Positions 49,031-56,485 of a stretch of DNA of 56,485 bases are shown here, piece by piece. Both the position numbers and the translations under genes were made by a program. Source of the DNA: Emcibacter sp. (GTDB lineage Bacteria; Pseudomonadota; Alphaproteobacteria; Sphingomonadales; Emcibacteraceae); contig JALSHF010000154.1 of assembly GCA_026982375.1 (NCBI GenBank), positions 1-56,485 on the forward strand, in the 5' to 3' direction. Below the pieces are notes generated by a model. That model saw only the letters and a program-made list of their open reading frames with translations. It had not been told where the DNA came from and did no database searches. Each line of letters opens with the position of its first letter. Position 1 is the stretch's first letter.

Positions 49031-49537
49031 ATGAAAAAACTGTTTCTGCTCAGGCATGGCAAGGCGGGGATTGGCGCCAATGACAAATCCCGCCCCCTTG
49101 CCCCGCGCGGAAAGCAGGATATTTTCAGGCTTGGCCAATATTTAAAAACATCCCGGATGCTGCCGGATCATATATTCTGCTCTTCCGCCCTGCGGACCAG
49201 AGAAAGTTTTGACCAAATAAAGGCCGGCGCAGCTATATCATTGCCTGTAGATTTTTGCGATGATTTATATCTTGCCGATGCGGAATATATGACCCGCCTG
49301 ATCCAAAAATTTGATCAAAAAATATCCGCCGCCATGATCATTGCTCATAATCCGGGGCTGGCACAAATATTTCACAACCTAAGCCAAGACCCATCGAACG
49401 AGCACCATAACCTGGCGTTCCCCACCGGCACGCTTGCCATTATCGGTTTTGATATTGACGACTGGTCCGAATTAAAAAATGATTCAGGCCAAATTTTGCG
49501 GGTTATTATGCCTGTTGAAATGAGAAAAAACGCATAA
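49031..49537 (+). CDS. sixA: SixA-type phosphohistidine phosphatase
   Basis: LLRHGKA, RPL..RG, SSA.RT, LYLA, IAHNPGL and FPT; RBS AAAGGA. Confidence 0.85.
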   Translation: MKKLFLLRHGKAGIGANDKSRPLAPRGKQDIFRLGQYLKTSRMLPDHIFCSSALRTRESFDQIKAGAAISLPVDFCDDLYLADAEYMTRLIQKFDQKISAAMIIAHNPGLAQIFHNLSQDPSNEHHNLAFPTGTLAIIGFDIDDWSELKNDSGQILRVIMPVEMRKNA

Positions 49538-49604
49538 TTTAACGACAAATTTATCGTATTTAGTATAGGTTAACCCATGCTTTAAAAAATATTTGGTAAT
49601 AGAG

Positions 49605-52136
49605 ATGCGAGAAAAAGAACTCAGATTGGCTTTGGTATGTTTTGGCGGTGTGTCGCTCGCGATTTATATTCACGGCTGCACCAAGGAAATTTTAAAACTT
49701 GCCCGCGCGTCCAAGGCATTCCATAGCGACCCTGACATTAACGCCCAAAGCCGCAAAACATATTGCTATCCCAATGCAGGTCTGACAGATAAGCCAGATA
49801 CCGAGCTTGTTTATTTTGAGATTTTAAAATCCCTTTCTCCGGAATTGGACCTGAGGGTGATCATTGACGTTGTTGCCGGGGCATCTGCCGGAGGCATGAA
49901 CAGCATTTTTCTGGGGCGCGCGCTGGCCCATGATTTAAGCTTCGATCATTTACGCCATCACTGGCTCGTCGAAGCCGATGTAAGCAAGCTTATTGGTGAT
50001 AAAAAACCTGCCGGGCGCATGGATAAGGTTTTTTCCAAACCAATTATCAATTATATGAGTAAAAAATACCTCGGAGAGACGGCACTGACCCAGATGGTAC
50101 AAGAAAAGCTGCCCGCTTTAATGAGCATCTGGAAATTAAAACCCCCCTTTGACGGCAAGCATTTTTTAGGCCTGGTCTACAAGGGGCTAAAGGGCATGGG
50201 GCGGCCCAATGAACATTCTTTAATGCCCTATGGTCATCGGCTGGATCTTTATGTGACAGTAACCGATTATTACGGCTTTCAGCGCGTGGTTCCCCTGAAT
50301 GATCCGCCGACCATTCGCGAGAGAGAACATCGTCATAACTTTCGTTTCTCCTATCTCAATAAGCTGAATGGAACACCGCCGTCATCAAAACAGGATACGA
50401 TAAAAAACCCCGATAATATCGAATCAGACTTCGAAGATATTGACATTCCCGCCTTGAGTTTTGCCTCCAGAGCAACGGCAAGCTACCCCGGGGCATTTCC
50501 CCCCGCCCAGCTTCGGGAGGTGGACAGCTTCCTGAAAGATCTGGATAAAAGTTGGGTTAAAAAAGACGACTTTTTAAAGAAAAATTTCTCGGAATATAAA
50601 AAGGCCGGCCTTGATCCCATGCTAACCTCCTTTCTTGATGGCAGTATTTTAAACAACAAGCCCTTTGGCAAAGCCATTCTGGCCATTCAGGGACGTCCCG
50701 CCTTTCGGGAGGTGGATCGGCGCATCATCTATATTGACCCTAATCCGGAAAAAAACAGACCATCGCCCACGGGCGCGCCGCCGTCTATGCTCAACACCAT
50801 CAAAGGGGCCTTGTCTAACATTCCGATGAATGAACCGATACATGATGATTTAACCAAGATTCAGGCCCATAATCAACAAATCAACATTATTAAAACCGTC
50901 ATAGATAATGCCAAACCAGAAATTGAACAATTGGTCGAGGAAATCTCCGGCAGCACATTGAATGCCATATCAGAGGCCAAACAAGTTACCTATTTACGGG
51001 TTATATCCAATATTAAATCCGTCACGGGGGCGGGGTTTTCTTATGGCGGCTATGCCCGGTTAAAAGTCCGAAATACGGTGGCTTATCTGACGAATTTTAT
51101 TGGAGATATTTGTGATTTCAGTTCTGGCGGCCGACAGCGCCGGCGCCTGTTCACCGTTTTGCACCATATGGCCTTTGAAGATAAATTCAATTTCTTGTCC
51201 TATACGCAAAAAATGGAAAATGGCAATAAATCCGGAATGCTTAACTGGGTCAAGGGCATCATTAAAAAAGACGTTTCTGCTGAGCCCCTGCCATCATGGG
51301 GATATTTCCTGACCAAATTTGATGTGAATTTTCAACGTCGTCGTTTGTTGTTTGTCATTAAGGACCTGAACAGTTACTATTCCCATCACCCCCATGATGT
51401 TTCAAAATTAGACGACTTGAAACGCGCCCTTTATGATCTGCTTGAAGATATTGCCAACTGTGCCACCTCTGAGGACATTCCGGGCCCCATAAAACGAGCA
51501 TTACGCACCGCTTTCAGACCCATTTCCCATCTTGAAATTGATGATGATACCCAAGAGAGTGTTTTGCAGGACAGGTTAAAGCGGTATATCCCCGGCTTTA
51601 AATCGGCGCTGGACGACCTTGCGGATAGCTTGAATTTAGACCGGTTTAAACTTGGCGCTGATCAGCTCATTGCGGATCAGAGCAATATGGACTGGAAAAG
51701 TGATTTGGCAAGAAACCTGACCATTAGCTATGTTGGTTTTTCTTTTTGGGACGTGACAACATTTTCTATTCTGGGGTCCAAGGAACTGGGAGAGTCCAAC
51801 AAAATAAAAGTTAACCGCATCAGCCCAAAAGATGTTTCTGTACTGCGGAAAGAGGGCGACGAAATCCCCTTGCGCGGGACAGCCATGGCCGGATTCGGCG
51901 CCTTTTTTAGCCGTGCCGATCGGGAAAATGATTATCTGTGGGGGCGAATAAACGGCGCAGAACGGCTCATTGATCAGCTTTATAGCCAGGCAAAATTATC
52001 TTCCCTAAGCCATAAGCTTGATATTATTGCCTTAAAAAAACGCGCCTTCACCGTCATTCTGGATGTGGAAGAAGAACATCTACTTGAAATTCCTGAGCTT
52101 TTCGCCGAGCTAAGAGAAAAAATAACCAATCTTTAG
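49605..52136 (+). CDS. Patatin-related phospholipase with a DUF3376-type C-terminus
   Basis: ELRLALVCFGGVSLAIY, GASAGG, RATASYPGAF, DGS.LNN.P and FGAFFSR..RENDYLWGR. Confidence 0.88.
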   Translation: MREKELRLALVCFGGVSLAIYIHGCTKEILKLARASKAFHSDPDINAQSRKTYCYPNAGLTDKPDTELVYFEILKSLSPELDLRVIIDVVAGASAGGMNSIFLGRALAHDLSFDHLRHHWLVEADVSKLIGDKKPAGRMDKVFSKPIINYMSKKYLGETALTQMVQEKLPALMSIWKLKPPFDGKHFLGLVYKGLKGMGRPNEHSLMPYGHRLDLYVTVTDYYGFQRVVPLNDPPTIREREHRHNFRFSYLNKLNGTPPSSKQDTIKNPDNIESDFEDIDIPALSFASRATASYPGAFPPAQLREVDSFLKDLDKSWVKKDDFLKKNFSEYKKAGLDPMLTSFLDGSILNNKPFGKAILAIQGRPAFREVDRRIIYIDPNPEKNRPSPTGAPPSMLNTIKGALSNIPMNEPIHDDLTKIQAHNQQINIIKTVIDNAKPEIEQLVEEISGSTLNAISEAKQVTYLRVISNIKSVTGAGFSYGGYARLKVRNTVAYLTNFIGDICDFSSGGRQRRRLFTVLHHMAFEDKFNFLSYTQKMENGNKSGMLNWVKGIIKKDVSAEPLPSWGYFLTKFDVNFQRRRLLFVIKDLNSYYSHHPHDVSKLDDLKRALYDLLEDIANCATSEDIPGPIKRALRTAFRPISHLEIDDDTQESVLQDRLKRYIPGFKSALDDLADSLNLDRFKLGADQLIADQSNMDWKSDLARNLTISYVGFSFWDVTTFSILGSKELGESNKIKVNRISPKDVSVLRKEGDEIPLRGTAMAGFGAFFSRADRENDYLWGRINGAERLIDQLYSQAKLSSLSHKLDIIALKKRAFTVILDVEEEHLLEIPELFAELREKITNL

Positions 52137-52155
52137 AGCAGGCGGGTCTAATCTT

Positions 52156-52488
52156 TTATACGTGAAAGCTTTCCCCGCAGCCGCACCGGCCTTTTTCATT
52201 GGGGTTGGTGAAGGTAAAGCCGCTTTGAAATTTTTCGTCTTTATAGTCCATCACGCTGCCAATCAAATAAATCAATGACATGGCATCCACATATAGCGTG
52301 ATATCCTCATATTCAATTTTTTCGTCGGACGGGTTAACCTCGTCCACATAATCCACGGTATAGGACAAACCGTTACAGCCCTTGGTAGAGGTACCAAGGC
52401 GCACGCCAAGGCTGGGCTTGTCCCGGTTGGATATGATCGCTCTTATGCGGTTTGCCGCAGCACCAGTAATCGTAATCGCGTCACTCAT
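52156..52488 (-). CDS. sufA: A-type Fe-S carrier (HesB/IscA/SufA)
   Basis: GCNGLSY, NPN and CGCGESF. Confidence 0.9.
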   Translation of the reverse strand: MSDAITITGAAANRIRAIISNRDKPSLGVRLGTSTKGCNGLSYTVDYVDEVNPSDEKIEYEDITLYVDAMSLIYLIGSVMDYKDEKFQSGFTFTNPNEKGRCGCGESFHV

Positions 52489-52502
52489 TATTTTTCCTTT
52501 GG

Positions 52503-52943
52503 CTACATAAAGCCCATTTCAAGGCGGGCGGCCTCACTCATCATATAAATAGTCCAGGGCGGATCCCAAACCAGCTCCACATGAACATCGCGCACCCCTT
52601 CCACATCCTGCGCCCTGATCTGAACATCTCCCGGCATGGATTCGGCCACGGGACAATGGGGCGTTGTCAGGGTCATGATGATTTCCACATTGGCATCTTC
52701 GGCCACATTGACTTCATAAATCAGCCCCAGCTCATAAATATCCACGGGAATTTCCGGATCATATATTTCCCGCAGCCTTTCGACAACTTTTTCCTGTAGA
52801 AGTTTTCGCATATCCTCAGACAGGGGCGGAGAAAAATCCGGTGCTGCCGTTACCGTCTCAGATGTTGTCTTAAGTGACTTTGTTTCGTTATCAACCACTT
52901 TACTATCCTGTTGTTCTTTTAAAAAACGCTCTAAAAAACTCAT
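52503..52943 (-). CDS. sufT: DUF59 Fe-S assembly protein (SufT-like)
   Basis: IYDPEIPV.IYELGL, MTLTTPHCPVA and WDPPW. Confidence 0.85.
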   Translation of the reverse strand: MSFLERFLKEQQDSKVVDNETKSLKTTSETVTAAPDFSPPLSEDMRKLLQEKVVERLREIYDPEIPVDIYELGLIYEVNVAEDANVEIIMTLTTPHCPVAESMPGDVQIRAQDVEGVRDVHVELVWDPPWTIYMMSEAARLEMGFM

Positions 52944-52958
52944 ATATTCTGCTTTATA

Positions 52959-54212
52959 TCAAGAAAAAATTCGATTGACCTTATGCAACCCATCCACAAG
53001 CCGGTCAATATCTTCTTCTGTGTTATAGAGCCCCAATGACATGCGCGCCGTGGACGGAATATCAAAAAAATCCATTACCGGCTGGGCGCAGTGATGCCCC
53101 GTCCGAATGGCAATGCCGTCCTGATCCAATATGGTGCCAATGTCATGGGGATGAGCCAAATCCATGGTAAAAGATAAAATCCCCGCCATCTTGTCTGCCC
53201 GGCTGACAAGCCGCAGCCCCTTGACCGTTTGAATTTTATCCAGTGCATACGCCAGCAACCCGTCTTCATGGGGGGCAATATTTTCAAAACCAAGGCTTTC
53301 CACATAATCTATTGCCGCCCCAAATCCAATGCCCCCCGCAATATGGGGCGTTCCGGCCTCAAATTTATGGGGAAGGTCATTATAGACGGTTTTTTCAAAT
53401 GTCACCGAACGGATCATGTCGCCGCCGCCCTGATAAGGCGGCATGGCCTTCAACAATTCTTCCTTGGCATACAGCACGCCAACGCCGGTAGGGCCATAGA
53501 GTTTATGACCGGAAAAAACATAAAAATCCGCATCCAGTTCCTGCATATCGACCCGCATATGGGGCACGGCCTGACAGCCATCCACCAAAACTTTGGCCCC
53601 AACCTTGTGAGCGGCCTTGATAATTTCTTTAACGGGCGTGATCGTGCCCAGGGCATTGGAAATATGCGTGATGGCGACCAATTTGACTTTTTCACTGAGC
53701 ATTTTCTCAAACTCGTCAAATAGAAAGTTGGCTTTATCGTCAATGGGGGCCACTGTGATCACAATATCCTTTTCATCCCGCAACATCTGCCACGGCACGA
53801 TATTGGAATGATGTTCCATACGGCTTAAAACAACTTCATCGCCCTTGTCCAAAAATGTCCGGCCCCAGCTTTGGGCCACGAGATTGATCGCTTCCGTTGC
53901 CCCGCGCACAAAAATGATTTCATTGGGGCTGGCTGCATTGATGAATTTCTGGATTTTAACCCGCGCATCTTCATATTTCTGCGTGCCTATTTGCGAAAGA
54001 TAATAAACCCCCCGGTGTATATTGGCATATTCCTCGCCATAGCATTTTTGAATAGCGTCCAAGACCTGCCGGGGTTTTTGTGCGCTCGCGCCGCTGTCCA
54101 GAAATGTTAGGAGCTTTCCATATATTTTCTGGTTAAATATGGGGAAATCCTTACGAATTTCTTCAACATTATAGTTCGTAGCCGGTTGCGCTTTTGACGT
54201 TTGTGACGTCAT
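52959..54212 (-). CDS. sufS: Cysteine desulfurase
   Basis: LDSGASAQKP, HHSNIVPWQ, SGHKLYGPTG and RTGHHCAQP; ATGA overlap with sufD. Confidence 0.96.
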   Translation of the reverse strand: MTSQTSKAQPATNYNVEEIRKDFPIFNQKIYGKLLTFLDSGASAQKPRQVLDAIQKCYGEEYANIHRGVYYLSQIGTQKYEDARVKIQKFINAASPNEIIFVRGATEAINLVAQSWGRTFLDKGDEVVLSRMEHHSNIVPWQMLRDEKDIVITVAPIDDKANFLFDEFEKMLSEKVKLVAITHISNALGTITPVKEIIKAAHKVGAKVLVDGCQAVPHMRVDMQELDADFYVFSGHKLYGPTGVGVLYAKEELLKAMPPYQGGGDMIRSVTFEKTVYNDLPHKFEAGTPHIAGGIGFGAAIDYVESLGFENIAPHEDGLLAYALDKIQTVKGLRLVSRADKMAGILSFTMDLAHPHDIGTILDQDGIAIRTGHHCAQPVMDFFDIPSTARMSLGLYNTEEDIDRLVDGLHKVNRIFS

Positions 54213-55576
54213 GAGATCACCTCCCGGCTCAACCATCCTCTGGTTTTTTCGGTGAATCTCTGCTGTAATATTTCCATATCATCGCCGTTCTTCTCCCCAC
54301 CGTTCTTCATAGTGGAGAATACCTCCGCCACAAAGGCTTCAACCAGCAATTCTTTGGCGGCGGCCTCATCCAGCCCGCGTGACCTCAGGTAAAAAAGCTG
54401 ATCCCTGTCCAGCTCTCCAACAGTTGCGCCGTGGGTGCATTTCACATCATCGGCATAGATCAGCAATTCCGGTTTGGCGTTGGCCTCGGCCTTGCGGCTG
54501 AGCAACAGGTTTTTATTGGATTGATCTGCATTGGTTTTTTGAGCATCCCGCGCGACAATGACCTTGCCCTGAAAAGCCGACTTTCCGCCTTCATCCAACA
54601 CGCCGCGAAACAGCTGATTGCTTTGGCAGTGCGATTTATCATGATTGATCCGCGTGAATATATCATGGGACTGTTTAACGCGGCCCAGATAGGCCCCGCG
54701 CAAGCCTATTTCAGCATATTCCCCTGACAGGCTGTTCATGATTTCACTGCGGCTAACCTCTGCCCCAAGCTGTAAATTCATATGATTGAATTTTGCTTTC
54801 TTCAGCAGGACGCTATGCAGTTCCGTTATATGAATCGCCTGTTTTCCCTGCAATTGAAGCTGGAAATAATCAAGCTCTGCCTTCTCTGCCACATCCACAT
54901 CGCTGATCATATGAGTCCAATATTGCGGCCCGTCCGGCCCCAAAAAGCTTTCAATGACTTTTGCTCTGGCGCTGGCTGCCAGAGATATTTTTCCCCGCGT
55001 GTGAAGCGATTGGCCATCGCTGCCTGATGTTGCCAAATGGATGATCTGTATGGGCCGGGACATAGTAACCTGCGCAGATACCTCCAAATAATAGCCATCC
55101 GTGACCATTGCGCGGTTCAGGTTATTCAACGGTGTTGACTCTTTTTCTTCCGCCAGTGATTGACGAAAACCCCCAGGATTTTCAGAAAAGATGGAAAATG
55201 TTACGCCGTCCTCATCAGGGCGGGATGACAAGGCCGAATAAAAGTGACCATTCACAAAAACCACCACCGGGCCGGAAATATTTTCAATATAGGCCCGGTC
55301 AAACAAGCTTTTTATTTCTGCGGTATCAGGGTCGGTTTTTGAAATTTCAAAATTTTCATTTGCCTGAGGTTGGGCCAGAAATCGGGCCAGAAATCCCAGA
55401 TTCGTATATTTCCACTCTTCCACTTTTGGGCCGGGAAGGCCGGTGGCCATAAATTTATCCATGGCGCGCGCACGTAGGTCGCTCAGCCATGCCTGATCCG
55501 CGCCAACGAATCCGGTCTTTCGTTTTTCAAAGTTTCTGCCAACTTCAGGCGTATCTAAATATCGTTTTAACGTCAT
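54209..55576 (-). CDS. sufD: Fe-S cluster assembly protein SufD
   Basis: EEWKYT, FQGKV.V..DAQKT, KPELLIYADDVKCTHGATVG and FYLRSRG. Confidence 0.95.
   Translation of the reverse strand: MTLKRYLDTPEVGRNFEKRKTGFVGADQAWLSDLRARAMDKFMATGLPGPKVEEWKYTNLGFLARFLAQPQANENFEISKTDPDTAEIKSLFDRAYIENISGPVVVFVNGHFYSALSSRPDEDGVTFSIFSENPGGFRQSLAEEKESTPLNNLNRAMVTDGYYLEVSAQVTMSRPIQIIHLATSGSDGQSLHTRGKISLAASARAKVIESFLGPDGPQYWTHMISDVDVAEKAELDYFQLQLQGKQAIHITELHSVLLKKAKFNHMNLQLGAEVSRSEIMNSLSGEYAEIGLRGAYLGRVKQSHDIFTRINHDKSHCQSNQLFRGVLDEGGKSAFQGKVIVARDAQKTNADQSNKNLLLSRKAEANAKPELLIYADDVKCTHGATVGELDRDQLFYLRSRGLDEAAAKELLVEAFVAEVFSTMKNGGEKNGDDMEILQQRFTEKTRGWLSREVIS
55372..55395. repeat. Perfect 2 x 12-bp tandem repeat GGGCCAGAAATC in sufD (FLAR/FLAQ)
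   Basis: Read directly. Confidence 0.85.
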
Positions 55577-55598
55577 ATTCTATGAACCCGCTCTGGTG

Positions 55599-56354
55599 CT
55601 AAGCCGCATTTTCTGCAATCCCAAGGCCCGCATAGCCTTTCGCTTCCAATTGCAGAGCCAAATCCTTGGTTCCGGTTTTAACAATCCGGCCATCGGCCAA
55701 TACATGAACAAAATCCGGCACCACATAATCAAGAAGCCTTTGGTAATGGGTGATCAGCAAAATAGACTTCTCCTGACCACGCAGGCGATTAATGCCGTCG
55801 GCAACAATTCTCAAGGCATCAATATCAAGCCCGGAATCCGTCTCATCCAATATGGCCATACTTGGGTCCAGAACCGCCATCTGAACCATCTCGTTACGCT
55901 TTTTTTCGCCGCCGGAAAAGCCCACATTTACGTCACGCTTTAACATTTCGGGGTCCACATCAAGCTCTTTGGCCTTGGCGCGAATTAATTTCAGGAAATC
56001 AACCGCTTTCACTTCTGCTGCACCCTGATAGCGGCGCTGGCTGTTCAAAGCGGTGCGCAGGAAATTCATATTGGAAACCCCCGGTATTTCCACAGGATAT
56101 TGAAAGCCGAGAAACAGGCCTTCTCCCGCGCGTTCATTTGGGTCCATGGCGAGCAAGTCTTTACCATTATATAGCACAGACCCTTCTGTCACCTCATAAC
56201 CACCTTTGCCGCTTATGGCATAGGATAACGTGCTTTTACCGGCACCATTTGGGCCCATTATCGCGTGCACCTCACCATCATTGATGGTTAAATCAAGCCC
56301 CTTCAGGATTTCTTTTCCGCCGACAGTCACATGTAAATTTTTTATTTCCAGCAT
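55599..56354 (-). CDS. sufC: Fe-S cluster assembly ATPase SufC
   Basis: MGPNGAGKST, FQYPVEIPGV, FSGGEKKRNE, LDETDSGLDID and ITHYQRLL; start at MLEIKNL. Confidence 0.97.
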   Translation of the reverse strand: MLEIKNLHVTVGGKEILKGLDLTINDGEVHAIMGPNGAGKSTLSYAISGKGGYEVTEGSVLYNGKDLLAMDPNERAGEGLFLGFQYPVEIPGVSNMNFLRTALNSQRRYQGAAEVKAVDFLKLIRAKAKELDVDPEMLKRDVNVGFSGGEKKRNEMVQMAVLDPSMAILDETDSGLDIDALRIVADGINRLRGQEKSILLITHYQRLLDYVVPDFVHVLADGRIVKTGTKDLALQLEAKGYAGLGIAENAA

Positions 56355-56376
56355 TTTACTCTCTTCATAAGTTGTC

Positions 56377-56485
56377 TTATCCAACACTTCCCTCAAGGCT
56401 TATTCCCAGTAGTTTCTGGGCCTCTACCGCAAATTCCATGGGAAGCTGCTTCATCACATCTTTACAAAAACCATTGACAATCAAT
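56377..56485 (-). CDS. sufB: Fe-S cluster assembly protein SufB, C-terminal fragment (not in the ORF track)
   Basis: Hand translation of the minus strand gives [35 protein letters not shown], the canonical SufB end. Confidence 0.95.
   Translation of the reverse strand, partial: LIVNGFCKDVMKQLPMEFAVEAQKLLGISLEGSVG

Overview
A gene-dense chromosomal segment of an alphaproteobacterium. Gene order suggests the Emcibacter/Kordiimonas/Sphingomonad neighbourhood, which is an inference only. Core loci in order: hemC(partial)-hemD-COG4223/alphaMic60-hemY-like; rnd-lptCAB-rpoN-hpf-ptsN; pabB/C fusion; uppP; feoAB with a Fur-like box; a PAS protein plus large NAD-glutamate dehydrogenase; rsmB-rpe-heparinase-like-purH; DUF1674-sixA-patatin; and sufB(partial)CDS-sufT-sufA. 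Two regions stand out. (1) An amine-catabolism island of about 16.5 kb (17860-34439): a TonB-dependent receptor heads qhpA-D-C-B (quinohemoprotein amine dehydrogenase plus its radical-SAM maturase), followed by two acyl-CoA synthetases, one of them MatB. Divergent from it are an aldehyde dehydrogenase and a FIST(NosP)-hybrid kinase pair, with a convergent ErbR/AgmR-like regulator. The two divergent promoters share a GTCTA half-site at identical spacing, and the usual qhpE/F/G/R genes are not in the window. (2) An orphan ParA with an RHH-like partner, flanked by two exported SPOR-domain repeat proteins (10439-14436), which may be an uncharacterised positioning system linked to the septum. Many 12-25 bp tandem duplications also occur, several at translation starts or sharing a GGCC(C)AG core. 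I saw no rRNA, tRNA, CRISPR array or IS element. All calls come from motif recognition by eye; no searches were run.
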